A stretch of DNA of 64,000 bases from Penicillus capitatus (Eukaryota > Plantae > Chlorophyta), in contig OZ287695.1 in assembly GCA_965649825.1 (NCBI GenBank), forward strand, positions 911,081 through 975,080, read 5' to 3'. Position numbers and translations under genes: made by a program. The notes beneath the pieces were generated by a model. It saw only the letters and a list, made by a program, of their open reading frames with translations. It ran no database searches and was not told where the DNA came from. Below, in pieces: positions 1-10,056 of the stretch. How positions within the stretch are numbered: the stretch's first letter is position 1; every line of letters starts with the position of its first letter.

Positions 1-234
1 AGCTAGCTGCATAGCGCGATAGCATCCTTGGGCCTTTTCGCAAAAGAATGTCTGACAGGCGCCTCGTCATTTGTGACACAGACCTGGAACTGTTGAACTG
101 TTCGCCGTTTTCTGGCGATCAGGCCAGAGATTCGAATCTCGGTTTATGCATCGCAGATGTAGAGGATCATCTCGTGACTGCTCGACTAAGGGAAAATGTC
201 AGAATCCCAGATTCGTTGTCGGAATGCCATCAAG

Positions 235-836
235 AAATCCGATCGACCAGGTTGCGATGTTCTTTCAAGCGCAGTTGTTTCTTCGTTGTTGATGAAACCG
301 CTTTTGGAACGAATGCACTTAATGTAATGCAACGTCGAGATACATTCCTCTGCAAAGATGATAGAGGTTCGGATGCAGCTTAAAACAATCACCAAGTCCA
401 GTCTAATGGGAGTTAAGACTTCACAGTAAACAGGCATCGAAGACATTCCTGAACTCTGAATGCATGCCGCTCATTCATTCCACAACAAAGGTGAATAATA
501 TGCTTCTATACGAAATGTCGCGGATAGACAGAAAGAGTGAGAATGACGGTATTGTCATCAAACAACAGATGATGTTGAAATGCCTTTGATGTTTCAGTGT
601 CTGTCCTAAGATTCTCAGTCGATACATTGAATTCGTTAATCATCAACGTTCGATAACGGAGCCACGATACTAATGACCTCTCTCCTCTAGCATACAGAGA
701 AGCAATCAATCAATTGTTTGTTTATTCAAACGTGTTGCAGAAGTATTCGTCATAACATGTAAGCATGTGAGATAAAGTAAGGATTAGAGAGATGTAGATG
801 ACATGTTAACAGCCGAGAACATATTGGACGGCCCCC
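235..836 (-). repeat. Conserved 3' flank of protease-ankyrin gene 1; homologous to ~5560-5777, 55576-56110 (inverted) and 62490-63089
   Basis: Shared blocks such as gagatacattcc...gcaaagatg, cattcccacaacaaaggtga and aaagagtgaga...attgtcatca recur at all loci, in the same orientation relative to the ankyrin stop codon. Confidence 0.8.
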
Positions 837-3800
837 TCACGGACTCAGGAGTTTCTTAAGAAAAGGCCCTTCTGAGTTAGAGCAAATAGGGTCAGCGTGA
901 AAACAGATAACGTCAAAAGGCGTTTTACCATCGTTGTTCGTTATCGTCTTCGATGCTCCGGCATCCACCAGGACCTGAAAATACACAATCAAACTACATG
1001 ATGATCTCTCTGACTCGCCTTTGCTGTCTCTGATTCGCCTTCATCTGCTGCATAGTGAAGTGGAGTATCTCCATATATATCTACTGCATTGAGAGAGACA
1101 TCTTCTGCGATCAACAACTGCAACAGGGAAAATGGAAAAGGGCGTTAAGTTAGGAGTATACTTTCACGACTTCAGGATTCCCTCTAGCCACGGCAAGGTG
1201 AAGTGGTGTCATTTCATAATCGGTTTCATCGTCGGCGTTTGCTCCGTGTTCGAGAAGAACCTGGCAATCGGCAGATTTTGTCAACATGGCAACGAAGTGA
1301 ATCTACAACCGACCTCCACCATTTTAGCGCCTGCGTAACGTGCTGCAATATGCAGAGCAGTCCATCCATCGTCGTCGGCCTGTTCGATGTCCGCTCCGTT
1401 CTCGAGGAGCATCTGACAGTCGATAGATTCCGCTAGTAATGCAACGAAGTGAACACGTTACCGACCTTGACCATTTCAGCGCCTGCGTGACGTGCTGCAA
1501 AGTGCAGAGCAGTCGATCCATCGTCCGTCGCTGCGTTAACGTCTGCTTCGTGTTCGAGGAGAACCTATACGACAGCTTCTGCAAGTGTAGAAGAAGTGAA
1601 TACGTTACCGACCTTGACCATTTCAGCGCCTGCGTAACGTGCTGCAATATGCAGAGCAGTCCATTCATCGTCGTTGGCCTGTTCGATGTCCGCTCCGTTC
1701 TCGAGGAGGACCTGACAGTCGATAGATTCCGCTAGTAATGCAACGAAGTGATTGCATAACTGACCTTGACCATTTCAGCACCTGCCAAACCTGCTGCAAC
1801 ATGCAGAGCAGTCGATCCATCGTCCATCGCTGCGTTAACGTCTGCTTCGTGTTCGAGGAGAACCTATACGACAGCTTCTGCAAGTGTAGACGAAGTGATT
1901 GCATAACGGACCTTGACCATTTCAGCACCTGCCAAACCTGCTGCAATATGCAGAGCAGTCGATCCATCGTCCATCGCTGCGTTAACGTCTGCTTCGTGTT
2001 CGAGGAGAACCTATACGACAGCTTCTGCAAGTGTAGACGAAGTGATTGCATAACGGACCTTGACCATTTCAGCACCTGCCAAACCTGCTGCAATATGCAG
2101 AGCAGTCCTTCCATCGTCGTTAGCTGCGTTAACGTCTGCTTCGTGCTCGAGGAGAACCTGGCAATCGACAGATTCTGCCGTTGGGGCAACTAAGTGAATC
2201 TACAACCGACCTCCACCATTTTGGCGTCTGCGTATCGAGCTGCCAGATGCAAAGGAGTCTCTGTGTTGCTGTTCAGCTTGTCGACGGTTGCGTTATGTTC
2301 CAGAAGAACCTACAAAGCATGAGCACAGGGATTTGATAAACAGAAGCAATGCGTCTAGGCTCTGTAATCCAGAGTGGACTCGGAAGAGCGTGCTACCTCG
2401 GTGCTTTCTGTCGCACTGTAATACGCCGCCCAGTGCAGCAAAGTCAATTGCTGCCGTTTAGAGTACCATGGCATTCGAACCATGGCCTTGTAGAAAGAAT
2501 CTGGATCCAGTTCCTCCAAAAGAGCAGCTTCCAGCTTTAGGGCATTGTCATCCTTTATACAGCGAAACGCCTCCTACGGAACTGTCTGTCATTCCCAACG
2601 ATCTTCATTGTCAATGCAACCTTAATCAGCTCCTTCTGCGAAAGTCTTCTCATCTCTTCGCGCCATTCTTCACGTTCCTGTTGTTCCGACTTCTCCTCTT
2701 TCACTTTGTCGTCTACATGTTCATTTAACTCTGAAGATCTTACGTCATCTTCATCATCTTGCGAAGCTCCGTTAGTAACTTCCAATGTGTCTTGCACCTG
2801 CACTGAGCAATCAGGACAGAAAAGCAGATTTGGAGAACAGTTTACATCGTCTTCGCCAATTTCTTTTAGAATCCAGTCCCAGAACGCGCCGATACTTGTG
2901 TAAATGGAAGGTGATCCATCAACGCAATTCTTAGATCCCATGGATGTCACGCCGACAATCATGTCGAGTTCCGGATTTCCGGCAGCTACGTCTCCTTTAG
3001 GTTTGTTAGAGATCAACAGCGGACCACCAGAGTCTCCTACAACAAGAGAATCTCGGCAGAAATAGGTAATCTCATATCACCGTCCTAAACCTTCACATGT
3101 GTTTTCAGGCGAGAATCCAGCGCAAATTGAGTGACTCTTGACTGAGTTGCCCATGAGTTTCTTGCAGATGTGGTGTTCCACATGTACTAGATCATTCGTC
3201 ATCTGTAAAGAATTCGGATACTTTCCAGTCTTGTTTAGTCCCCATCCGAGTACGGTAAACATCTTCCCGGTAGGAAAATCGCCTCCCTGAGTGTCTAGTG
3301 ACGGCAGCGTGAGATTTGCCTCTTTATTCAATTTGACAACGGCGATGTCATATCCATCTTTCACGTCGCCGCTCCAAGATTCGTGAATGTGACTCTCTTC
3401 CCCGCTGAATACCTAATAACTTCCTTCTCGGTAAAGTGAATGGCCTTGAACAGATCACTTTGTCGGAGTCGATTGCGTCGAGCTCGTAAATACCGCAGCG
3501 GACAAGCGGATGTCTACCGAGACTGTTCAAAGATGGATCAACGCAATGTGCTGCAGTGACCACCCATTGTGGTCGAATGAGAAATCCGCCGCAGCGGTGG
3601 ACCTCTTCTTCTCGTGTCGCAAGACTGCAAACGTAAGGGAACCGTCCCTCAGGCGCCTCTTCGCCCTTCGTCAAGAAAAAAAGTTAGGTGCCGTCAGAGA
3701 ATCGTGCGACTTCACGATAATGTATGGAACGTGTTTCTTCGTGGAGTCTGGGTTTCCCGACTTCTCTGAACAATCACCCGTGTCGGAGTGTTAACCGACA

Positions 3801-3911
3801 GTAGTAATTTGTACTCTGAACTTTAGGACTGGGGTCGGCACAGATATGCAGCACGGATGCCAAGAGGAGCAAAGCTGCAATGGACTTTCTCGGCAACGAA
3901 AAAAGCAACAT
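837..3911 (-). CDS. Secreted S1 serine protease-ankyrin repeat fusion protein, paralogue 1 (multi-exon, 9 single-repeat exons)
   Basis: Signal peptide MLLFSLPRKSIAALLLLASVLHIC; triad motifs VVTAAHC, GYDIAVVKL, G|DSGGP; acidic linker; 47-nt phase-0 intron 2574-2620 joins ...ELIK to EAFRCIK; 99-nt ankyrin exons (e.g. 2211-2309, 1019-1117); stop TGA at 837-839. Confidence 0.85.
1019..2309 (-). repeat. Tandem array of ankyrin exon+intron units (~147-152 bp)
   Basis: Nine 99-nt exons of the form VLLEHEADVNAAxDDGxTALHxAA...AEMVK separated by 44-53 nt introns; several units near identical including the introns. Confidence 0.9.
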
Positions 3912-4289
3912 GTTTTGAGGTATAAGAAAGCGGATGTCTGTTGAAACGCCAACAGCCGTTTAAATAGATTCGGCGCCATCCATTTGTCACATCGCATTGA
4001 ACTAACCACCACGATGACTTCTGGACACCGCACAACGAGAGACGCTACCACGTGTCCAGTGCATTGCACCAAGTGTCCCCCGGTTTTATCAATCGCCACT
4101 TAAATAAAGTATTATTAAAACAGGCTCTGTGCCTTTATAGAATGAGTGAGTTCTCACGGCAGCATTCCTGAAATACGTTTACGGTCTGCTTTCTTCACAC
4201 AATGTTCGATTTCCGTCAAGGTCATTTACTTCGTAATCCCTTTGTTTCTCACTCTTCCTTCACGGGCATCGAGATGAGAATCGGACCGG

Positions 4290-4960
4290 AAGGGATGTTA
4301 GTCGAGCCTGAGGGTATTTGGATTCAAGTTCTTGATTCATGTCTTCGAGGATGAGCAGCTGTTTATTGAATTTTTTGACGTTTCGTTTCCACCGGCGGCT
4401 GTGTCCGCTCTCTTGTTCCTCCTTCTCCAGCTCTTCTCCCAGGATTTTTATTTTTCGTGCATGTTGCGCCAGGAAACGTGCTTGCTGTACGTATTCCGAT
4501 CAGCTGATGGTAAGAGTGGGACGTGCGAAGAAGGCGGAGATGAGATCCACTGGCAAAGAAGACAGTCCGATGCCGCCGCAGATGAGGAACGTCCACCATC
4601 CCACGGCCGAAAACAGGGCCACCGCGTGCGGCGGAATATCGTTCTCATTTTTCAGGTCTTTTATTTCACTACACCCCTCTTGGCATCACACTGAAGACAT
4701 CATGGAGACAGCAGGCCCATTGCGTCAGAGGCGAGGCGAGGCGCATTTGGTCTCCGGAAAAGGAGAGGGACGAGGCGTTTGAAAGGGAGAGAGACATGTC
4801 GATGTGTCCCTGGTTCCAGAAATTCTCGAAACTCATGCTGCCGAAGGCCAGCCTCGCTATTGAAAACTCCACGTATCCGGCCAGGGTCTAGGCAATGCCC
4901 AATATAAACCCGATGACAGTCATTGCTGTCAATTGGGACATTCACCTTTCTTAATTTGCA
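4290..4960 (-). pseudogene. LMBR1/LIMR-family membrane protein pseudogene fragment
   Basis: Translation GFILGIA*TLAGYVEFSIARL...KT*KMRTIF / AVALFSAVGWWTFLICGGIGLSSLPVDLISAFFARPTLTIS*SEYVQQARFLAQHARKIK...SRRWKRNVKKFNKQLLILEDMNQELESKYPQ matches my recollection of plant LIMR proteins; at least three in-frame stops and one frameshift. Confidence 0.75.
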
Positions 4961-5777
4961 CATGTCAAATCCTTCTGTGTTCACAACAAAGGATGCATGG
5001 TCGATACTAGACAAGCTATCGGCCTTATGGCGGTATACATTTTCATGTTTTGGAAAAGATGAATGAACTCCCTAAAGTATCGAACTGTCCTAGTTGCTGC
5101 TATTTACATTCGCCTTGAATCCAACTCAATCAATCACGTTCGTCAAAGTCTTGCAGATAAGCAAAAGAAAATAGAAACCATTATCACTTCGCCCGTCAAG
5201 AAAAATCTCGTGTCATATCGATATCTCTGCGGCCCATTCTGAATAATGATATCATGGCTTCATATGTCTCTCCCCTGTCACGAGCGCTCGTGTATCATGC
5301 AAAACATGTGTTCTAAAACAACCCTGGCAAATGGCGGACCTTCATATTGGGGTGATGATGCTCTATGACTCTACAGAGAAGTTTCTGCCAACGAGTCCTT
5401 ATGGCGATTCAGTGCGAGAGATCAAGGTCAACTTGTCAATGTGACTGCGAGGACATGTTCGCATCATAGACTCTCACGTACAGACTTCGAGAGAGAAACT
5501 CGAATGTGCCACAAGAAGCTGCTATCGCACTGTAGTTGCGGCGACGCTGGGTCGACAATACACTGAATTTGTCACTAATCAGCAATCGATAACATAGCCA
5601 TGATCCTAGTGACTTGTCTTTTCGTGCACACAGGAAATTAATCAATCAATTGTTCCCCCGCTCTAACGGGTCAACAGAAGTGTTCGTGAGAACACGTAGG
5701 TGTTGTAAAATCAACTAAGAATTAGACTGTTGTTCAGATGATATGTTTGAGAGTCGAGGACTCCATTGGACGACTCC

Positions 5778-8700
5778 TCATGGACGCAGGAGTCTCTCAA
5801 GGGCGAGTCGTGTCGATTTAGAACATTCAACGGAAGTACGCAGACAGATAACGCCAAAAGGCGTTTCTTTATCTTCGTTAGTTGCAGTCTTCGATGCCCC
5901 GGCATCCACTAGAACCTGAATGAAATGCACCGTCAAGCACTGATGTGCTACGTCTGACTTGCCTGTGCCATTTTTGGCTCTCCGTCACGTGCGGTTATGT
6001 GAAGTGGCGTTTCTCCATTGTCATCGACCGCATCGATATCGGCCCCTTCTTCAAGCAACAGCTACAGCAACAACAAACGTGGACAAGAAAACAAGAGCAA
6101 ATGAGCATGCACCTGCAAAATTTTGGGGTTACTGCTGTAGTTGGCGGCATCGTGTAGAGGAGTTTCTCCATTGTAAGCGACCGCATTGACCTCGGCCCCT
6201 TCTTTGAGTAACAGCTACATCCAACAACAACGTGGACAAAGAAACAGAAGCGAATCGCCAGGCACCTTCACAACTTCGTAGTTACTGCTGTAGGAGGCGG
6301 CATTGTGAAGAGGAGTATCTCCATCGTAATCGACCGCATTGACGTCAGCCCCTTCTTTAAGTAACAGCTACATCCAGCAACGTCCACAGGACAACAGAAG
6401 TAAAACGGCAAGCACCTTCACGTATTCGAGGTTAGCTGCATAGTCGACGGCAAAGTGAAGCGGAGTGTTTCCATCCTTGTCGACCGCAGTGATGTCGGCC
6501 CCTTTTCTAAGTAACAGCTACACCCAACGACAGACATGGACAAAAAACAGTAGCAAATCGCCAGGTACCTTCACAATGTCGGGATCATCATGGAAGGAGT
6601 CGAAGAAGAATACCAGCCTATCACCGTACCCGACGGCAAGGTGAAGTGGAGTTTCTCCATCGTCATTCACCTCATTGATGTCGATCCCTTCTTCAAGCAA
6701 TAGCTACAACCAACGACGGACGTAGACAAGAGAAGAGAAGCGAAGCGGTATGCACCTGCAGGATCTTGGCGTGATTACTGTGTTGGGCGGCAGAGTGAAG
6801 TGGCGTCCATCCGTCCTCGTCGACGACATCAACCTTCGCTCCGTGCTCGAGGAGTATCTGAAAAACGAAAGCTTCTGTCGATAAGACGACGAAGTGACCG
6901 TGGAGCCGACACCTTGACCACTTCGACTTCTGCGAAACTTGCCGCCCGATGCAAAACAGTAAACCCATCGTCCTTGGCCTGGTTGACATCCGCTCCGTGT
7001 TCAAGGAGAACCTTAACAGTCGAGTGTCTCTGGCAGAGGCGACGAAGTTAATGCGTAACTAACCTTGACCACTTCGGCGTCGTGGTTAGACACAGCTTCA
7101 TACAGAACAGACCATCCGCTGTCCGTGACCCTTTTAACCTTCGCTCCATTCTTGATAAGGAGCTGACAGTCGACAATATCTGTTGATCAGGTAACGAAAT
7201 GTATGCGGCACCTACCTCGACCAACTCGGCGTCTGCGTTGTTCGCTGCTTCAAACAGAGGAGTATCGTCTCCGTCGTCGACCTTATTGACGTCTGCTCCG
7301 TGATTAATGAGTACCTATCTCTCTAAGACACTTGCCGAGGCGCGCGGGAGCACATCAGATCTCGCCTGCGCAGTTTTCGTGTTTCCGTAATAAGCAGCAT
7401 CGTGTAGGGGTGTGTTTTGATAGTCATCAACGGCGTTCACTTTGGCTTCGTGATCCAGAAGAATCTGTGAACAGACATCTGAGCAGACGCGTGAGATGAC
7501 ATTGAAAGTTCACCTTTGCCATACTCGCGCGTCCGTTCACTGCTGCCACATGCAGCGGAGTATCGCCGTACTTGCTGGGTTTGTCCACTCTTGCACCATA
7601 TTCCAGAAGCACCTTCAAATAGAAAAAACATGGCTATAAATGGACAGAACCGAACAGTCTAAACTCTGTACTCCAAAGAACTTAGAGCATACCCACCTTC
7701 ATGCATTCTGAAGCATTATAATACGCCGACCAGTGCAACAAAGCAAACCGCTTCTGTTCCACAGAGGTCGAGAGAGCAGAGCGTCTTGTGGCGTATGTGT
7801 ATATATATACGGGCCATGGAACATAGGACTCGTAGGAGGAATCTGGATTCAGCTCCTCCAAAAGTACGGCTTCCAACTTCGGGGCATTGTTATCTTTAAT
7901 GGATTCAATAGCTTCCTACAGAACCATCAGTTCATTCACCGCGATCTCCATCGTCAGTGCAACCTCGATCATCTCTTTCCGTGAGAGTTTCGTCATCCTC
8001 GCGCGTTCCTTTTCAATCTTCCGCTTTTCCGACTGTTCCTTTTTCGTTTCATTGTCTGGCGATCGCTCTATTGCAGGAGGTTTTGCGTCCTCGTCACCAT
8101 CTGCTGATGGTTGCTCCACCGATTGCTGTCGATTTTTCTCCTGTTCTAGGCGATCAGACACGAGGAACGGATGTCTAAAACAGTTTACCTCTGGATCTTC
8201 GTCGATCTTCTCGAGAATCCAGCCCCAGAATGCACCGATGCTTGTATAGATGGTCGGCGATGTGTCGGTGCAGTCTTCGGACCCAAATGATGTTACACCA
8301 ACAAGCAGGTCGAATCTTGGACTCCCGGTGGCTATGCTGCCTCCAAATCTGTTGGGAATCAACAGTGGACCGCCAGAATCGCCTTCAGGAGAAGAGGCTT
8401 GGCAGAGAGCAATGCTAACGGGTAAGTGTTTAACCTTCGCATGTGTTCTCATTCTCACCCGAGAATCCAGCACAGATCGAGTGTTTCTTGACGGCGTCTT
8501 GCAGAAATCCTTCGCAGTGGCGGTGATTTACATAAATAAGGCTGTCTGCTATCTGTAGAGAGTTTGGATGATTTCCAGTCTCGTCCTGTCCCCAGCCCAG
8601 AGCGGTAAACAACTTACCCTCTCGGAATTCTCCTCCCTGAATGTCTATCGATGGCAGTGTGAGGTTCGCATTCCTGTCTAATTTGACCAAAGCGATGTCG

Positions 8701-9268
8701 TATCCATCCTTAACATCTCCGGCCCAGGATTCATGCCAGTAACTTGCCTCGCCGCTGAACACCTAGCAAGTATTCATTTCTACGCAGAACGCGTAGAAAC
8801 GCGAATGTGTTACTCTGCTGTGGTCACTATCATTAAGCTTGTGAATACCGCAGCGGACGAGCGGATTTCTTCCCAGGCTGTTAGAAGATGAGGGGTCGAC
8901 GCAGTGCGCTGCTGTGACCACCCACTGCTGTCGAATGAGCGTTCCGCCGCAGTGATGAGAACCCGTTTCTCGAGTGGATAGACTGCAAATGTAGGGGAAC
9001 CGTCCTTCAGGTGCCTCGTTTCCCTGTAAGAAGAACGAACGTCAAAATCTGAGTTCGTGCATCACGGACGATCTCACGATGACATAGGGAATGAGAAACT
9101 GCCCGGACGCCGATTTTTCTGCGACCTCTAACATACACGCGCGCCGGAAATGTCACCCGGAGAGGCACTACCTTTCTTTTTTTGGCATGCTGCCACGCAG
9201 AAGTGCAAGAAAAGCAGCAGAGAAAAATGAAAGCCGCGACGGCAAAGTGAAACAGAGAAACGTTTCAT
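5778..9268 (-). CDS. Secreted S1 serine protease-ankyrin repeat fusion protein, paralogue 2 (~11 repeat exons)
   Basis: Signal peptide MKRFSVSLCRRGFHFSLLLFLHFCVAAC; VVTAAHC, GYDIALVKL, GDSGGP; 48-nt junction intron 7916-7963; 33-34 codon ankyrin exons; stop TGA at 5778-5780. Confidence 0.85.
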
Positions 9269-10056
9269 GTCAACGGCAAGAATGTGTTTGTGGTAGAACG
9301 TGCGCTTAAGTAACGCGAACGGTTCAGTCATTAAATGCTTTCCCTTACCCGTCGCTGCGTGCTGGCCATTGAGGAAAGACGGATGGAACCGTTCGTACGT
9401 CTCCTTCGTAGATTTGGATTCCTAGACACCGAGATGACGCATGGGAGAGATCTAATGCTTCCCGCAATGCGTATGCATACACACTTCTCAACTGTGCTTA
9501 TCACTTTAAATACTGTTTATACATACAAGCAGTGGTTGATGGTAGATATGACATCGAACTGAGAAGAACGCAATCACGGAAGGAACACCGTCTCATGCTA
9601 CAAAACAGAGCTAAGCAGTAGATTCCGCCTAGGTTTAGGGTAGTAACGTTTCTATTTTGTTCACGGCATCGAGAAAAGCAATACCGAGCGTTGGGCCTGC
9701 CAGCGAGTTCTCCCGCAGCGTCGATAGAAACGAAGGCCTCTTCTGCTGGGATGCACATTAAAGATATGTTTGTCATCTGAACACTGTGTATGTCCTTAGG
9801 TAACCTGCCTATTTCACTCTTTGCGGATTCGTCTGTTTGGAGAAACAACGGTTCGAAGCTCGGAGTGGCGGTAATGGTTGAGAACTCTTTCAGTGGCGCA
9901 TTTTGACATTTGCGGTTTGTTTGAGTAATCGTCGATGCTGCACGACGATCAAAGGGATACTGAGGACGGTTTTTCCTATTTTATCAACTTCCATTCGTAT
10001 AAGATACACCTTTATGCTTTCCGCTCGTGCTGCATCTGGATTTCGTGTGTGAAACG

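Noticed and set aside
1439-2193. Cys-rich repetitive plus-strand ORFs (49-aa period) resembling a metallothionein-like protein
   Set aside because: Antisense shadow of the 147-bp ankyrin exon+intron units on the minus strand
1019-2309. Regularly spaced repeats suggesting a CRISPR-like array (also 54530-55155 and 63274-64000)
   Set aside because: Units are whole exon+intron duplications in a eukaryotic gene; no unique spacers, leader or cas genes
4700-5014. LRKVNVPIDSNDC looks like a trypsin motif
   Set aside because: No other S1 motifs nearby, and overlapping frames match LIMR instead
7916-7918. In-frame TAG/TGA codons suggesting a reassigned genetic code (as in some ulvophytes)
   Set aside because: Junction TAGs are splice acceptors; intact genes end in TAA, TAG and TGA; other internal stops occur only in decayed sequences with frameshifts
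9501-9848. 115-aa minus-strand ORF with a C..C...GG.YC pattern reminiscent of a WSC domain
   Set aside because: Too few conserved positions, no signal peptide or supporting exons
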